A stretch of DNA of 60,113 bases from an uncultured virus (IMG/VR IMGVR_UViG_3300020173_001350) (lineage: Duplodnaviria; Heunggongvirae; Uroviricota; Caudoviricetes): the IMG/VR virus record IMGVR_UViG_3300020173_001350, one strand, 5' to 3'. This document shows, in pieces, positions 8,684-17,094 of the stretch. The number at the start of each line of letters is the position of its first letter. The stretch's first letter is position 1. Below the pieces are notes generated by a model. The model was given only the letters and a program-made list of their open reading frames with translations. It had not been told where the DNA came from and ran no database searches. The position numbers and the translations under genes are program-made.

Positions 8684-9065
8684 ATAAGGAATGAGGAATA
8701 GGCCACGACGCTATCACCTTCGGGTAAAAAAGCATGACGGTAACGAACTCATTCTTTATTAGGCACACGGGGAAAGCCTGACAATCACGTCGAACGTACC
8801 CAAGCAAACCCTATATGTGGTTCGAGGCGCGTCGGACATATAGGTCGGTAAAAAGAACTGGTACCGTAAAAAAACCCAGTCGGTTGTTGCATACGTAAAA
8901 TGCAAATAAGGGGAGGGGCACTGCAGAAAGTCCCTCCCACGAAAACTTCTTAATACTGCATAGTACGAGCAAAGAAACGTAACAGGTAGGTAGGTGCTAG
9001 CAACCGAACCCGTAAAATCCTGGTGAGGGACTAAGTTAAGACTACTATTCAGTATTAAGGAGTTT
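8684..9065 (+). ncRNA. Unassigned structured RNA(s) upstream of tRNAs
   Basis: GC-richer region with no credible ORF and several stems: 8684-95/8748-59, 8810-18/8836-44, 8857-61/8876-80, 8887-92/8900-05, 8911-17/8932-38, 8943-58/9050-65. Confidence 0.55.
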
Positions 9066-9067
9066 GA

Positions 9068-9141
9068 TAGGGTGTAGTATAATGGCAGTACAACGGATTC
9101 CAAACCCGTTGGTGTGGGTTCGATTCCTACCACCCTTGCCA
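9068..9141 (+). tRNA. tRNA-Trp(CCA)
   Basis: Anticodon arm ACGGA-TTCCAAA-CCCGT; T-arm GTGGG-TTCGATT-CCTAC; encoded CCA. Confidence 0.9.
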
Positions 9142-9158
9142 AATAAAAAGGATATATT

Positions 9159-9316
9159 ATGCGTAGAGGAAACAAACCTGAAGCAGAAAACTATATAAAG
9201 GTAAGGTTAGAGTTTCTTCGCGAAGAAAAGAAAAAGAATGATGATAAAACTGCTCATTTAGTTTTAGATAAATCAATATATGAGTTGAGCATTGTTCTTG
9301 ATCTTATAACAAGAAA

Positions 9317-9326
<10 letters not shown>
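9159..9326 (+). CDS. Hypothetical 55-aa protein between tRNAs
   Basis: AAGGA RBS; MRRGNKPEAENYIKVRLEFL...; stop lies inside tRNA-Pro. Confidence 0.55.
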
Positions 9327-9393
<67 letters not shown>

Positions 9394-9484
9394 AAGGAAT
9401 TCTGGTGACGTGAAAACCAGATAGGTAGGGACAGCCTGGGAGAGGTGTAACACACAGCCCGAAGTCCACATACAAGACCCGAGT

Positions 9485-9525
9485 AATAGGGAGGTTATTA
9501 AGTTAGCCTCCCTATTTTTGTTTTA
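9485..9525. terminator. Intrinsic (probably bidirectional) terminator
   Basis: AATAGGGAGG...CCTCCCTATT followed by T-run, between convergent units. Confidence 0.8.
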
Positions 9526-9855
9526 CTTACTACTGTATGCGTTAGCACCAAAGAAAACAGAAACAAGTGCAGAAATTGCAACAAAATATGTCGGTGCAAT
9601 ATCTCCAATTAATCCTGATGCTTCATCTAATCCTAACCATGATGTTATAGCAATACCTACTGGGTACAATAACATTCCAAACAATGCAAACCAAGTCATT
9701 TTACGCATTGCATCTCGTTGAGCATCTTGATCTTCAAGGCGCTTGCGTTTAAATTCCAACTCCATACTCAGCTCTTCTGCCGAGATATGACCGTCATTAT
9801 TTGTGTCGAGTGCAGCTGCTGCTTCAGCATCAACTGTTATTTCTTTCTTTGCCAT
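9523..9855 (-). CDS. EF-hand-containing 2-TM membrane protein (holin-like?)
   Basis: GGAG RBS before MAKKEI; canonical EF loop DTNNDGHISAEE; two TM helices. Confidence 0.7.
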   Translation of the reverse strand: MAKKEITVDAEAAAALDTNNDGHISAEELSMELEFKRKRLEDQDAQRDAMRKMTWFALFGMLLYPVGIAITSWLGLDEASGLIGDIAPTYFVAISALVSVFFGANAYSSK

Positions 9856-9949
9856 AGTTTTCATCTCCACTCCAAAGGCGTTGACATAAGCCATATAATA
9901 GCTCCTGTGAAAAAATCAGTAACATAGCAAATAACTCACTGAGAATATT

Positions 9950-9957
9950 TATAAATA
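9950..9957 (+). promoter_or_regulatory. Late promoter TATAAATA
   Basis: Exact consensus upstream of 9995. Confidence 0.75.
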
Positions 9958-9994
9958 AAACTAATAAGATTGCTAATAGTCAAAGGAGATGAAG

Positions 9995-10174
9995 ATGGCG
10001 ATTCAAGTAGCAGGCACCGAAGTAATTGATAATGCGTTACAGTTAAAAAACGTGGCAAGCACAGATACAACAACTGATACCGCGATTAATAACTCAATTA
10101 AAAACCAAGCAAATGTTCTAACAGTTTATAATGCGGCAGGCACAATTATTGCTGCGTATTATTGCGCCTTATAA
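9995..10174 (+). CDS. Small putative virion protein (paralog of 11204-11416)
   Basis: MAIQVAGTEVID...; AAGGAG RBS. Confidence 0.7.
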   Translation: MAIQVAGTEVIDNALQLKNVASTDTTTDTAINNSIKNQANVLTVYNAAGTIIAAYYCAL

Positions 10175-10186
10175 AAGGACAATAAA

Positions 10187-11182
10187 ATGACAGCAAGGTT
10201 ACCATTATATTGGGATGAAGCAAATTCCAATACTGCAGTGACAAGACTTACTGAAATGTCAAGTACAGATCTGCAAGCCATATTTCAAAATGCAGCACAC
10301 CTATTAGCAAACGATGAAGTAGTTACAGTTTCTCGTGTTGCAAGTGGTGGTAATATGGGTAGTATGATTGATACTCGTAGGACAGCTGGAGCGGCAACAG
10401 AAAACGGTCCTTCTACTGTTGCTAACTATGCATCTGAGGCAGCCACACCTGATACAGGTAGTGAAGAAGTTACCTATACTACATTACAAGTTGATTATAC
10501 TTTAGCAGCAGCACCTACGTATACTGATGAAAACCTTGCGTTTCCTGTATATGCAGTTGGGACAGGATCACTCGGAATTAGAGCAATGACCAAAGCTGAT
10601 TTTAGAGATACGTTTATTATTCCTACAATTGATGCACTTGTTTCTTCAGGTGAAACCGCGGACCAAGGTGGTACATATTTTATTGCGGCAACAAATAGTG
10701 TTACAGGTGCAACACTCCAAAATGCCAACCCCGTGTTTATTGATAGGCGTGCTGATTCTGCAGTTTATACGTCAGGTGGTATTCCTGAGAATGAAGATCA
10801 GCCAATCATTGTTAATCAGTATTACTTACATAAAGTTAATACGTCGGCGGTAGCATATGAACCACCTTTTTATATTGACACAAATGGAGATATTAGACAA
10901 TATACTGTTGCGGCATTTGATGCTTTAATTCTCGGTGAGTTAAAACACATTGCGTCTGATTCTACAGGAAATGAAATTCAATATAGCCTTACAAGTAGTT
11001 CAAGTCCTCTTACACTCAAAGGTACATTGATGAATGACACGATTCTTGACGGAACATCAGCAGCAGGTTATACAACAAGACAAGTTGGAACAACAGGTAA
11101 TGACTTATATCGTACTCAAGAATTCCCGGTTGGTTCACCGACAAATCTAATTTCATATGGTCTTCGTATTAGAAAAATATAA
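10187..11182 (+). CDS. Putative virion structural protein (paralog of 11416-12459)
   Basis: T/A/G-rich; late promoter; shared motifs DFRDT.I.PTI and YRTQEFP. Confidence 0.65.
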   Translation: MTARLPLYWDEANSNTAVTRLTEMSSTDLQAIFQNAAHLLANDEVVTVSRVASGGNMGSMIDTRRTAGAATENGPSTVANYASEAATPDTGSEEVTYTTLQVDYTLAAAPTYTDENLAFPVYAVGTGSLGIRAMTKADFRDTFIIPTIDALVSSGETADQGGTYFIAATNSVTGATLQNANPVFIDRRADSAVYTSGGIPENEDQPIIVNQYYLHKVNTSAVAYEPPFYIDTNGDIRQYTVAAFDALILGELKHIASDSTGNEIQYSLTSSSSPLTLKGTLMNDTILDGTSAAGYTTRQVGTTGNDLYRTQEFPVGSPTNLISYGLRIRKI

Positions 11183-11185
11183 ATA
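11178..11185 (+). promoter_or_regulatory. Late promoter TATAAATA
   Basis: Exact consensus upstream of 11204. Confidence 0.7.
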
Positions 11186-11203
11186 AATTCATAGGAGGCA
11201 AGG

Positions 11204-11416
11204 ATGCCATTAAAAGTAGGAACTAGCATAGTTATTGATGATACTCGGCATTTAGAAAACATTGCCGATATTGACGCAGGAACGTCTACCATCATTAACC
11301 AAAAAATTACAACCGCGACAATTAACTCTGGTGTGGTTGCCAAGGATCACAAGTTTGAAGTTAAAGCTTCAGACGGTACCGTTCTTAAAACATTTTACTG
11401 TGGAAGTGATGATTAA
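11204..11416 (+). CDS. Small putative virion protein
   Basis: Paralog of 9995-10174; AGGAGG RBS. Confidence 0.7.
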   Translation: MPLKVGTSIVIDDTRHLENIADIDAGTSTIINQKITTATINSGVVAKDHKFEVKASDGTVLKTFYCGSDD

Positions 11417-12459
11417 TGACCGCACGCACAGCAGCCTATGTTTCAGTTGACACTAACGGTGTGTTATCGTTTCGAGAATCACCATCCCTAGAACAATCGT
11501 TTTGGCGACGTGAAGCAGCACGGCAATATGCACTAAACCCCGCAGTTGAGTTATATGTATTAAACCCGTTTACACAGTTTGCTAATGATCCTGATATTAT
11601 TGGTACTATTACGGATACACGTTATAAAGCAGGCGAAGATACCACCGACATAACAAATTTTGACACTCCTGCGGAAACACCTGACATTGAATTAGTTACA
11701 ACACCTTGGCGTGGTATTAAACAAAGATTTAATTCTATAACTGAGCCAACATATCCAATATCAGAAGAAACACACCGATATCCGTTATACGTTGATAGTG
11801 ATGCTAATTTGCGTTCTATGTCTCGTGAGGATTTCCGTGACACATACATTTATCCTACGATTAACGAAATGGCATTCCAAGCTGTTGGCGATAATCAGCA
11901 AGGCACATATAAAATTGGTACAGGTGCTGAATCTGGTTTTACTCAAGTAGGAACACGTTCAGTTTTCCAAGATTCAAAATATGATATAACTGGCGGTTAT
12001 GATGTCACACCTGGAGATCAGATTGGCGAACCTTTTTATGACCGTGACATTTATTTTATTGTAAACACTTATTATCTATACATAAAGAATGCCGTTAGCG
12101 AAATTAATGTCTCGAGTGATGGGACAGAATTTGGTGTAAAAATTCCATGTTACGCCGCCGCCGATGGATCAGTGCAAACATATACGTTGGAAGAATTCCA
12201 AGATATGCTTTCATATGAAATCAACCTTGTTGCTCGTACTGTTGATGGTTATAAGATCACATATGAAATCACTGACTCGACATATACAGGTGATGGGCTG
12301 CAACGTGGTACGGGTATGGCGGATACATATCTATCAGGTGAATCAGATGACGGTTACCAAACAAGATTTGTCAATACCGATGATTATCGTACTCAAGAAT
12401 TTCCAAGCGGTGTAACACAAACAAGAGAAACATATTATTTAAGAATTGTAAAATCATAA
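11416..12459 (+). CDS. Putative virion structural protein
   Basis: Paralog of 10187-11182. Confidence 0.65.
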   Translation: MTARTAAYVSVDTNGVLSFRESPSLEQSFWRREAARQYALNPAVELYVLNPFTQFANDPDIIGTITDTRYKAGEDTTDITNFDTPAETPDIELVTTPWRGIKQRFNSITEPTYPISEETHRYPLYVDSDANLRSMSREDFRDTYIYPTINEMAFQAVGDNQQGTYKIGTGAESGFTQVGTRSVFQDSKYDITGGYDVTPGDQIGEPFYDRDIYFIVNTYYLYIKNAVSEINVSSDGTEFGVKIPCYAAADGSVQTYTLEEFQDMLSYEINLVARTVDGYKITYEITDSTYTGDGLQRGTGMADTYLSGESDDGYQTRFVNTDDYRTQEFPSGVTQTRETYYLRIVKS

Positions 12460-12474
12460 GAAAGTGAATATATT

Positions 12475-12984
12475 ATGGCAGTATTTAGCAAACGCATAGT
12501 TACAGCGTATTATATCAGTAACAACTACGATACTATTTTTGTCAAATGGCTTGACGATGATGGCAAAGAGCACGTATTCCACCTTCCCGCAGATGATACC
12601 GATAATCCTGATTATATTGATCTGGTTGAAGAAGGATGGACAAAAGATAGACTCCTCGATTCAACTGCAGAATATAAACAGAGAACAAGTAGAGAATTTG
12701 CAACATTTGTTAATGCCCAGGCAAAGCATTTAATTATTAGTCAAAGTATGAAGGCTGAGAAAAAACTCAAAACAATGGGTCTTGATAAGTATGAAGCTAT
12801 TATGGATAACAATACAAGTAAAGAAGAAATATTTAAAGTTAAATTATGGGCGTTGGAATTGCCTTTTATTAAAGACAGTGATTCAAAATTAAAACGAGAT
12901 ATTCGTAAAAGTAAAACAATTTTGAGCACGTTAGGTATAATCCAACAAGCTATTGATGAGGGTGATGAAGATGTCAGTGTTTAG
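12475..12984 (+). CDS. Hypothetical protein (paralog of 12971-13540; possible assembly chaperone)
   Basis: Shared EEGW and DNNT.KE..FK.KLW.LE motifs. Confidence 0.65.
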   Translation: MAVFSKRIVTAYYISNNYDTIFVKWLDDDGKEHVFHLPADDTDNPDYIDLVEEGWTKDRLLDSTAEYKQRTSREFATFVNAQAKHLIISQSMKAEKKLKTMGLDKYEAIMDNNTSKEEIFKVKLWALELPFIKDSDSKLKRDIRKSKTILSTLGIIQQAIDEGDEDVSV

Positions 12985-13540
12985 TGGTAAGGTAATTGAA
13001 GCACATTATATAGATGAAGGTTATAATACAATTGAGATTATATTCGAGGATGGCGACACTAAAGTTGCTCACGTTATTGAAAACAATCCCGATAGCGCAG
13101 ATTATAAAGCATTGATTGAAGAAGGATGGGATGAAGAATCAATTCTTGATGACACGGTAGAATTTAAACGTCGTTATTCTCGTGAGTTCAATACACGTGT
13201 TAATATGAGGGCAAGGGAGATCCTTGGTATTGAAGAACTTGAAAAAGAAAAGGCACGTGTACTTAAAGATCTACATACAAAACGTGTGGACCTTGAGAAA
13301 ACAAAAGATGACTTGACAACGTTGGACCAAGCATTTAAAATGAAAACGAATAAGGTTGATAATGTTGCGTTTGAATATATCCTTGATAACAATACTAATA
13401 AAGAAGCAGTATTTAAATTTAAACTATGGTCATTAGAACAAGATATAATTAAAAAGGCACCAAAAGAAATCAAATCTAAAATCCGACGCTCAACTAAAAT
13501 TACTGAGGCAATCTCTATTATCAACACAGTATTGGATTAA
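12971..13540 (+). CDS. Hypothetical protein (paralog of 12475-12984)
   Basis: MSVFSGKV start; coiled-coil insertion. Confidence 0.65.
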   Translation: MSVFSGKVIEAHYIDEGYNTIEIIFEDGDTKVAHVIENNPDSADYKALIEEGWDEESILDDTVEFKRRYSREFNTRVNMRAREILGIEELEKEKARVLKDLHTKRVDLEKTKDDLTTLDQAFKMKTNKVDNVAFEYILDNNTNKEAVFKFKLWSLEQDIIKKAPKEIKSKIRRSTKITEAISIINTVLD

Positions 13541-13545
13541 TTATT

Positions 13546-14757
13546 ATGAAATGTATGGTACCTGAAACTGGATTGACAATCAATCCTATTGGAGAAATTG
13601 TCTTATGCTGTGCCGGTGATAACACTGCGGTATCACATATTAAAGATGTTCCTGATTTAACTGAGTTCTTTAACGGTGATATATACAACCAAATCCGTGC
13701 AGATTTTAAAGAAAAGAAATTCCCGCCTCAATGTGATGTCTGTTGGCGCCATTGGGATGCAGGGCGCCTTGCTCGGTTTGATACTTACAACCGTTTTAAA
13801 TTTCCAACATATGAAGAAGACGTTGCCGCTGAGGTAACACCAATAAGGTTTCTTGAGCTTACAACAAGTAATATCTGTAACCAAATGTGCGTAACCTGTT
13901 CAGGTAAGTATTCGTCAAAGTGGGCACCATATGAAAAAATGGCGGTGGAGTCTGGTTTAGATTGGCGAAACCAAAATCATAAATTCCACACTGATATGTA
14001 TAAGATGACTGACGCCGATGTTGATAAGGTACTTGATCTTGTTCCACATTTACAGCACCTAACCATTAAAGGTGGTGAACCATTTGCTGACCCAAACAAT
14101 ATAAAAATATTGAAAAAGGTTGCGGAAACAAATCCTAAATGCCGTGTTGAGATTTGTACTAACTTTCAATTGGTTACTAATACTGTTATTGATATTTTAC
14201 ATCAGATTGAAGAAGTACACATTCAAGCAAGTATTGATGGAGTACACGAAACATATGATTGGATCCGTGGCGGTAACTTTGAACGCACAATAAATAATAT
14301 CAATCGGTACCACGCTGTCGAAGGACGCATCGTAATAGTTGTTGCAACGGTCTCAATTTATAATTGGATGCACTTACCAGAATTGATTGATTACTTTATT
14401 GATGTACCTGGTGTGCCTCGTGTAAGTATGGCAAACCTTGTTACATTTCCAAAATATTGTTCACCTGTTTGGTTAGAGGATCATCACCAAAAAGAAGGTA
14501 TTGATAAACTATTTGAATATCTTAATTCTAAATTTGAACAAGTCGATAAATTTTATTGGCGAAACCCAAAACTTGATTTGAGTAATACTAATAACGTATT
14601 AAGTGTTGTACCACAAGAAGAAGAATGGAATGGCGAAAAGGCAGAGATACAAGAAAGAATGGTTGAATGGATTGACTTTTGTTTAGTGGCACGTGAAAAT
14701 AATGAAGACATATGGGATTTGGCTCCATATTTGAAGGAATACAAAGATAATGAATAA
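13546..14757 (+). CDS. Radical SAM protein with N-terminal twitch/SPASM-like Cys cluster
   Basis: CNQMCVTC, GGEPF, ASIDG; N-terminal C..CC..CxxC. Confidence 0.9.
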   Translation: MKCMVPETGLTINPIGEIVLCCAGDNTAVSHIKDVPDLTEFFNGDIYNQIRADFKEKKFPPQCDVCWRHWDAGRLARFDTYNRFKFPTYEEDVAAEVTPIRFLELTTSNICNQMCVTCSGKYSSKWAPYEKMAVESGLDWRNQNHKFHTDMYKMTDADVDKVLDLVPHLQHLTIKGGEPFADPNNIKILKKVAETNPKCRVEICTNFQLVTNTVIDILHQIEEVHIQASIDGVHETYDWIRGGNFERTINNINRYHAVEGRIVIVVATVSIYNWMHLPELIDYFIDVPGVPRVSMANLVTFPKYCSPVWLEDHHQKEGIDKLFEYLNSKFEQVDKFYWRNPKLDLSNTNNVLSVVPQEEEWNGEKAEIQERMVEWIDFCLVARENNEDIWDLAPYLKEYKDNE

Positions 14758-15850
14758 GTGGGATTTATTTCAAAGTAAACGAACTATACCCGAAGAACAT
14801 AAAATTATCTCATGCTATGCCGCATTTAATCATATGCGAATAAGAAGAAACGGCGGGATGCATCCTTGCTGCTTTAGCCGTAAAATGAAAATATGGAAAA
14901 AAGATCAGTTTGGTTTAAAAGATTATTGGTTTGGTGAATTAAACAACACTTATAAAGATGACTTCCTTGAGAATAAATTAAGTGCAGGTTGTCAGGCTGC
15001 TTGTCAAAAAAGAATTGATAAAGGTGAAACACCACCTATTATTGAATATGATTATAATGTTGGCAGAGATAGATTAGAACACGCAATGGATGCTAACTCA
15101 TGGCCTAGAGTTTTTGAATTTGAAATTAGTAATCTGTGTAATATGGCGTGCCCAATGTGCTTTGGCGAATTATCATCAAAACATATGTTAGGACGCGATA
15201 AAGATCTTAAACAATATGATCCAAACGTGTTTGATAATGATGAAAACCTAGAACAATTGCTTGAACAGTTTGTCGAGTTTATTCCACACCTAAAAGAGAT
15301 AAGATTTGTTGGTGGAGAACCGTTTTCTCATAAAGCATTATATAAACTTTGTGCGTTGATTGCCGACATTAATCCTGAGATGAGAGTACAAATCTGTACT
15401 AACGGTAGTGTATTTAATAAAAAAGTTTTAAGGATGTGCCAAGAAAACAACATTAGTCTTTCAGTTTCATTAGATACTGTTGTTGAATCGGAATATGATA
15501 TGATTAGAATTGGCGGTAAGTATAATGAAACAATGGATAACATTCAAAAGTTTAAAGATGTATTAGGTCCTGAAAACATTAAAGTTAATTCAACTCTTAT
15601 GAAAGTCAATGCCGAAAATATTGATTTGTTTTTTAAATATGCGGAGTGGAATGGTTTTGGCGCGTTTATAAATGCATATGATAGAGCAGGACGGCAGCAT
15701 ACTGAAAATTGGAATATTAATTTGTTATCAAAAGATGTATTAGAAGATATAATGAATAGACTAAAAATATTAAACCTGTCTAACCGTAATAGCAGGAATG
15801 CAGTTACAAAAATTATGAACTTATTGAGGAATGCAATTAATGACCGATAA
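14750..15850 (+). CDS. Radical SAM protein (twitch/SPASM-like)
   Basis: CNMACPMC, VGGEPF, CTNGS, SLDT. Confidence 0.9.
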   Translation: MNKWDLFQSKRTIPEEHKIISCYAAFNHMRIRRNGGMHPCCFSRKMKIWKKDQFGLKDYWFGELNNTYKDDFLENKLSAGCQAACQKRIDKGETPPIIEYDYNVGRDRLEHAMDANSWPRVFEFEISNLCNMACPMCFGELSSKHMLGRDKDLKQYDPNVFDNDENLEQLLEQFVEFIPHLKEIRFVGGEPFSHKALYKLCALIADINPEMRVQICTNGSVFNKKVLRMCQENNISLSVSLDTVVESEYDMIRIGGKYNETMDNIQKFKDVLGPENIKVNSTLMKVNAENIDLFFKYAEWNGFGAFINAYDRAGRQHTENWNINLLSKDVLEDIMNRLKILNLSNRNSRNAVTKIMNLLRNAINDR

Positions 15851-16448
15851 TATTATATTTGTGAAACATGGTGACAAGTACGACCCTGAACACGTTAACA
15901 GATTGAGAGATCAGCTACGAGAATACTATCCTAATTCTCAATACTTGTGCTATACTGATAATCCGTTGAATGTTGAGATTGAGTGTATTCCATGTTTCAA
16001 AAAACCATCACTTAGATTTTGGTGGAATAAACTTGCAATGTTTAGTAAAGATTTTCCAGTCAGAGGTAAATGTTTATTCTTTGATTTAGACATGGATATT
16101 AAAGCTGATCCGCGCCCATGGTTGAATTGGGATGGGTTAACAATCATTAAAGATTATTGGAAAGACGATTTATACATGGCACCTCATGCTTATGATGTTC
16201 ACATAAATAGTTCAGTAATCACATGGACTGCTGGTGAACAGAATCATATCTGGGATCACTTTATGTCAAATAAAGATTACTTTATGAGAAAGTACGCAGG
16301 TATAGATCGTTTTCTTGTCCATGAAGGTATTGAATTTAATACGTTTGAACACGGATTAGTAAACTCAATTGCCAATCCTTATAATGGCACTGCACCAATT
16401 GATATGTATAATGGAATGAAATATGAATTACCTAGAAACACTTTATAA
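15840..16448 (+). CDS. Glycosyltransferase (GT-A fold)
   Basis: KHGDKY..EHVNRL, WWNKLAMF, FFDLDMDI, INSSVITW. Confidence 0.8.
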   Translation: MTDNIIFVKHGDKYDPEHVNRLRDQLREYYPNSQYLCYTDNPLNVEIECIPCFKKPSLRFWWNKLAMFSKDFPVRGKCLFFDLDMDIKADPRPWLNWDGLTIIKDYWKDDLYMAPHAYDVHINSSVITWTAGEQNHIWDHFMSNKDYFMRKYAGIDRFLVHEGIEFNTFEHGLVNSIANPYNGTAPIDMYNGMKYELPRNTL

Positions 16449-17094
16449 AAATGCTCTTAAAATAATTGAAGAAATATATGTTGAGTCAAAGTATAATCCT
16501 AATGTAGATTTATACCGTTCACTCGATATTATGACTGCCGTTAATCCTAGCCAAACAACAAGTAAGCAATGGCTGGTTGAAAACCTCAAAGAATTTGTAA
16601 ACGATGAAACCTTTCTACGAGACGGGCCGATTGAGCACGTTTTAGTTATGGGTGCATGGTATGGTATTGCCGGATTATTAATGAAAGAACATCTCGATAA
16701 TGATGTTGCGGTATGGAATGTTGATTCAGATTACCAATGTGAAATATACGGTCCTATGCTACACAAAGATATTGAGCATTGCCAAAATATTCATTGGAAG
16801 CATGATGATGCAATAGATTATTTTATTGAACGCGCAGAAAATTTTCAACTCATTATTAATACAAGTTGTGAGCATATGGAACAGGAGGATATTGAAATGA
16901 TTATCCGCCTTAAGAAACCAAATTGCATTGTATGCTTTCAAAGTAATAACTTTCATAATGAAGCTGAGCACATTAATACTCATAACAGTATTGAAGAATT
17001 TGAAAAATCATTGGGTTTAACAAGAGTATTTTGGTCAGGATTTACTACACCGGAGAATGCTCAATATCAAAGATATATGGTGATTGGTATATGA
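16423..17094 (+). CDS. Class I SAM-dependent methyltransferase
   Basis: SKQWL, VMGAWYG, VDSD, IINTSCEHM, QSNN. Confidence 0.75.
   Translation: MNYLETLYKNALKIIEEIYVESKYNPNVDLYRSLDIMTAVNPSQTTSKQWLVENLKEFVNDETFLRDGPIEHVLVMGAWYGIAGLLMKEHLDNDVAVWNVDSDYQCEIYGPMLHKDIEHCQNIHWKHDDAIDYFIERAENFQLIINTSCEHMEQEDIEMIIRLKKPNCIVCFQSNNFHNEAEHINTHNSIEEFEKSLGLTRVFWSGFTTPENAQYQRYMVIGI

Noticed and set aside
8920..8940. RNase P RNA or tmRNA suggested by GAAAGTCC and RNA-island context
   Set aside because: The motif is part of a local hairpin; no matching P4 3' strand or tmRNA tRNA-like ends found by eye
8759..9175. 138-aa minus-strand ORF
   Set aside because: Antisense to tRNA-Trp and structured RNA; the translation (RVVGIEPTPTGLESVVLPLYY) is a typical tRNA-antisense artefact
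9394..9484. Theta/HDV-like ribozyme after tRNA
   Set aside because: No recognisable P3/L3 or nested double-pseudoknot consensus; the tRNA already encodes CCA
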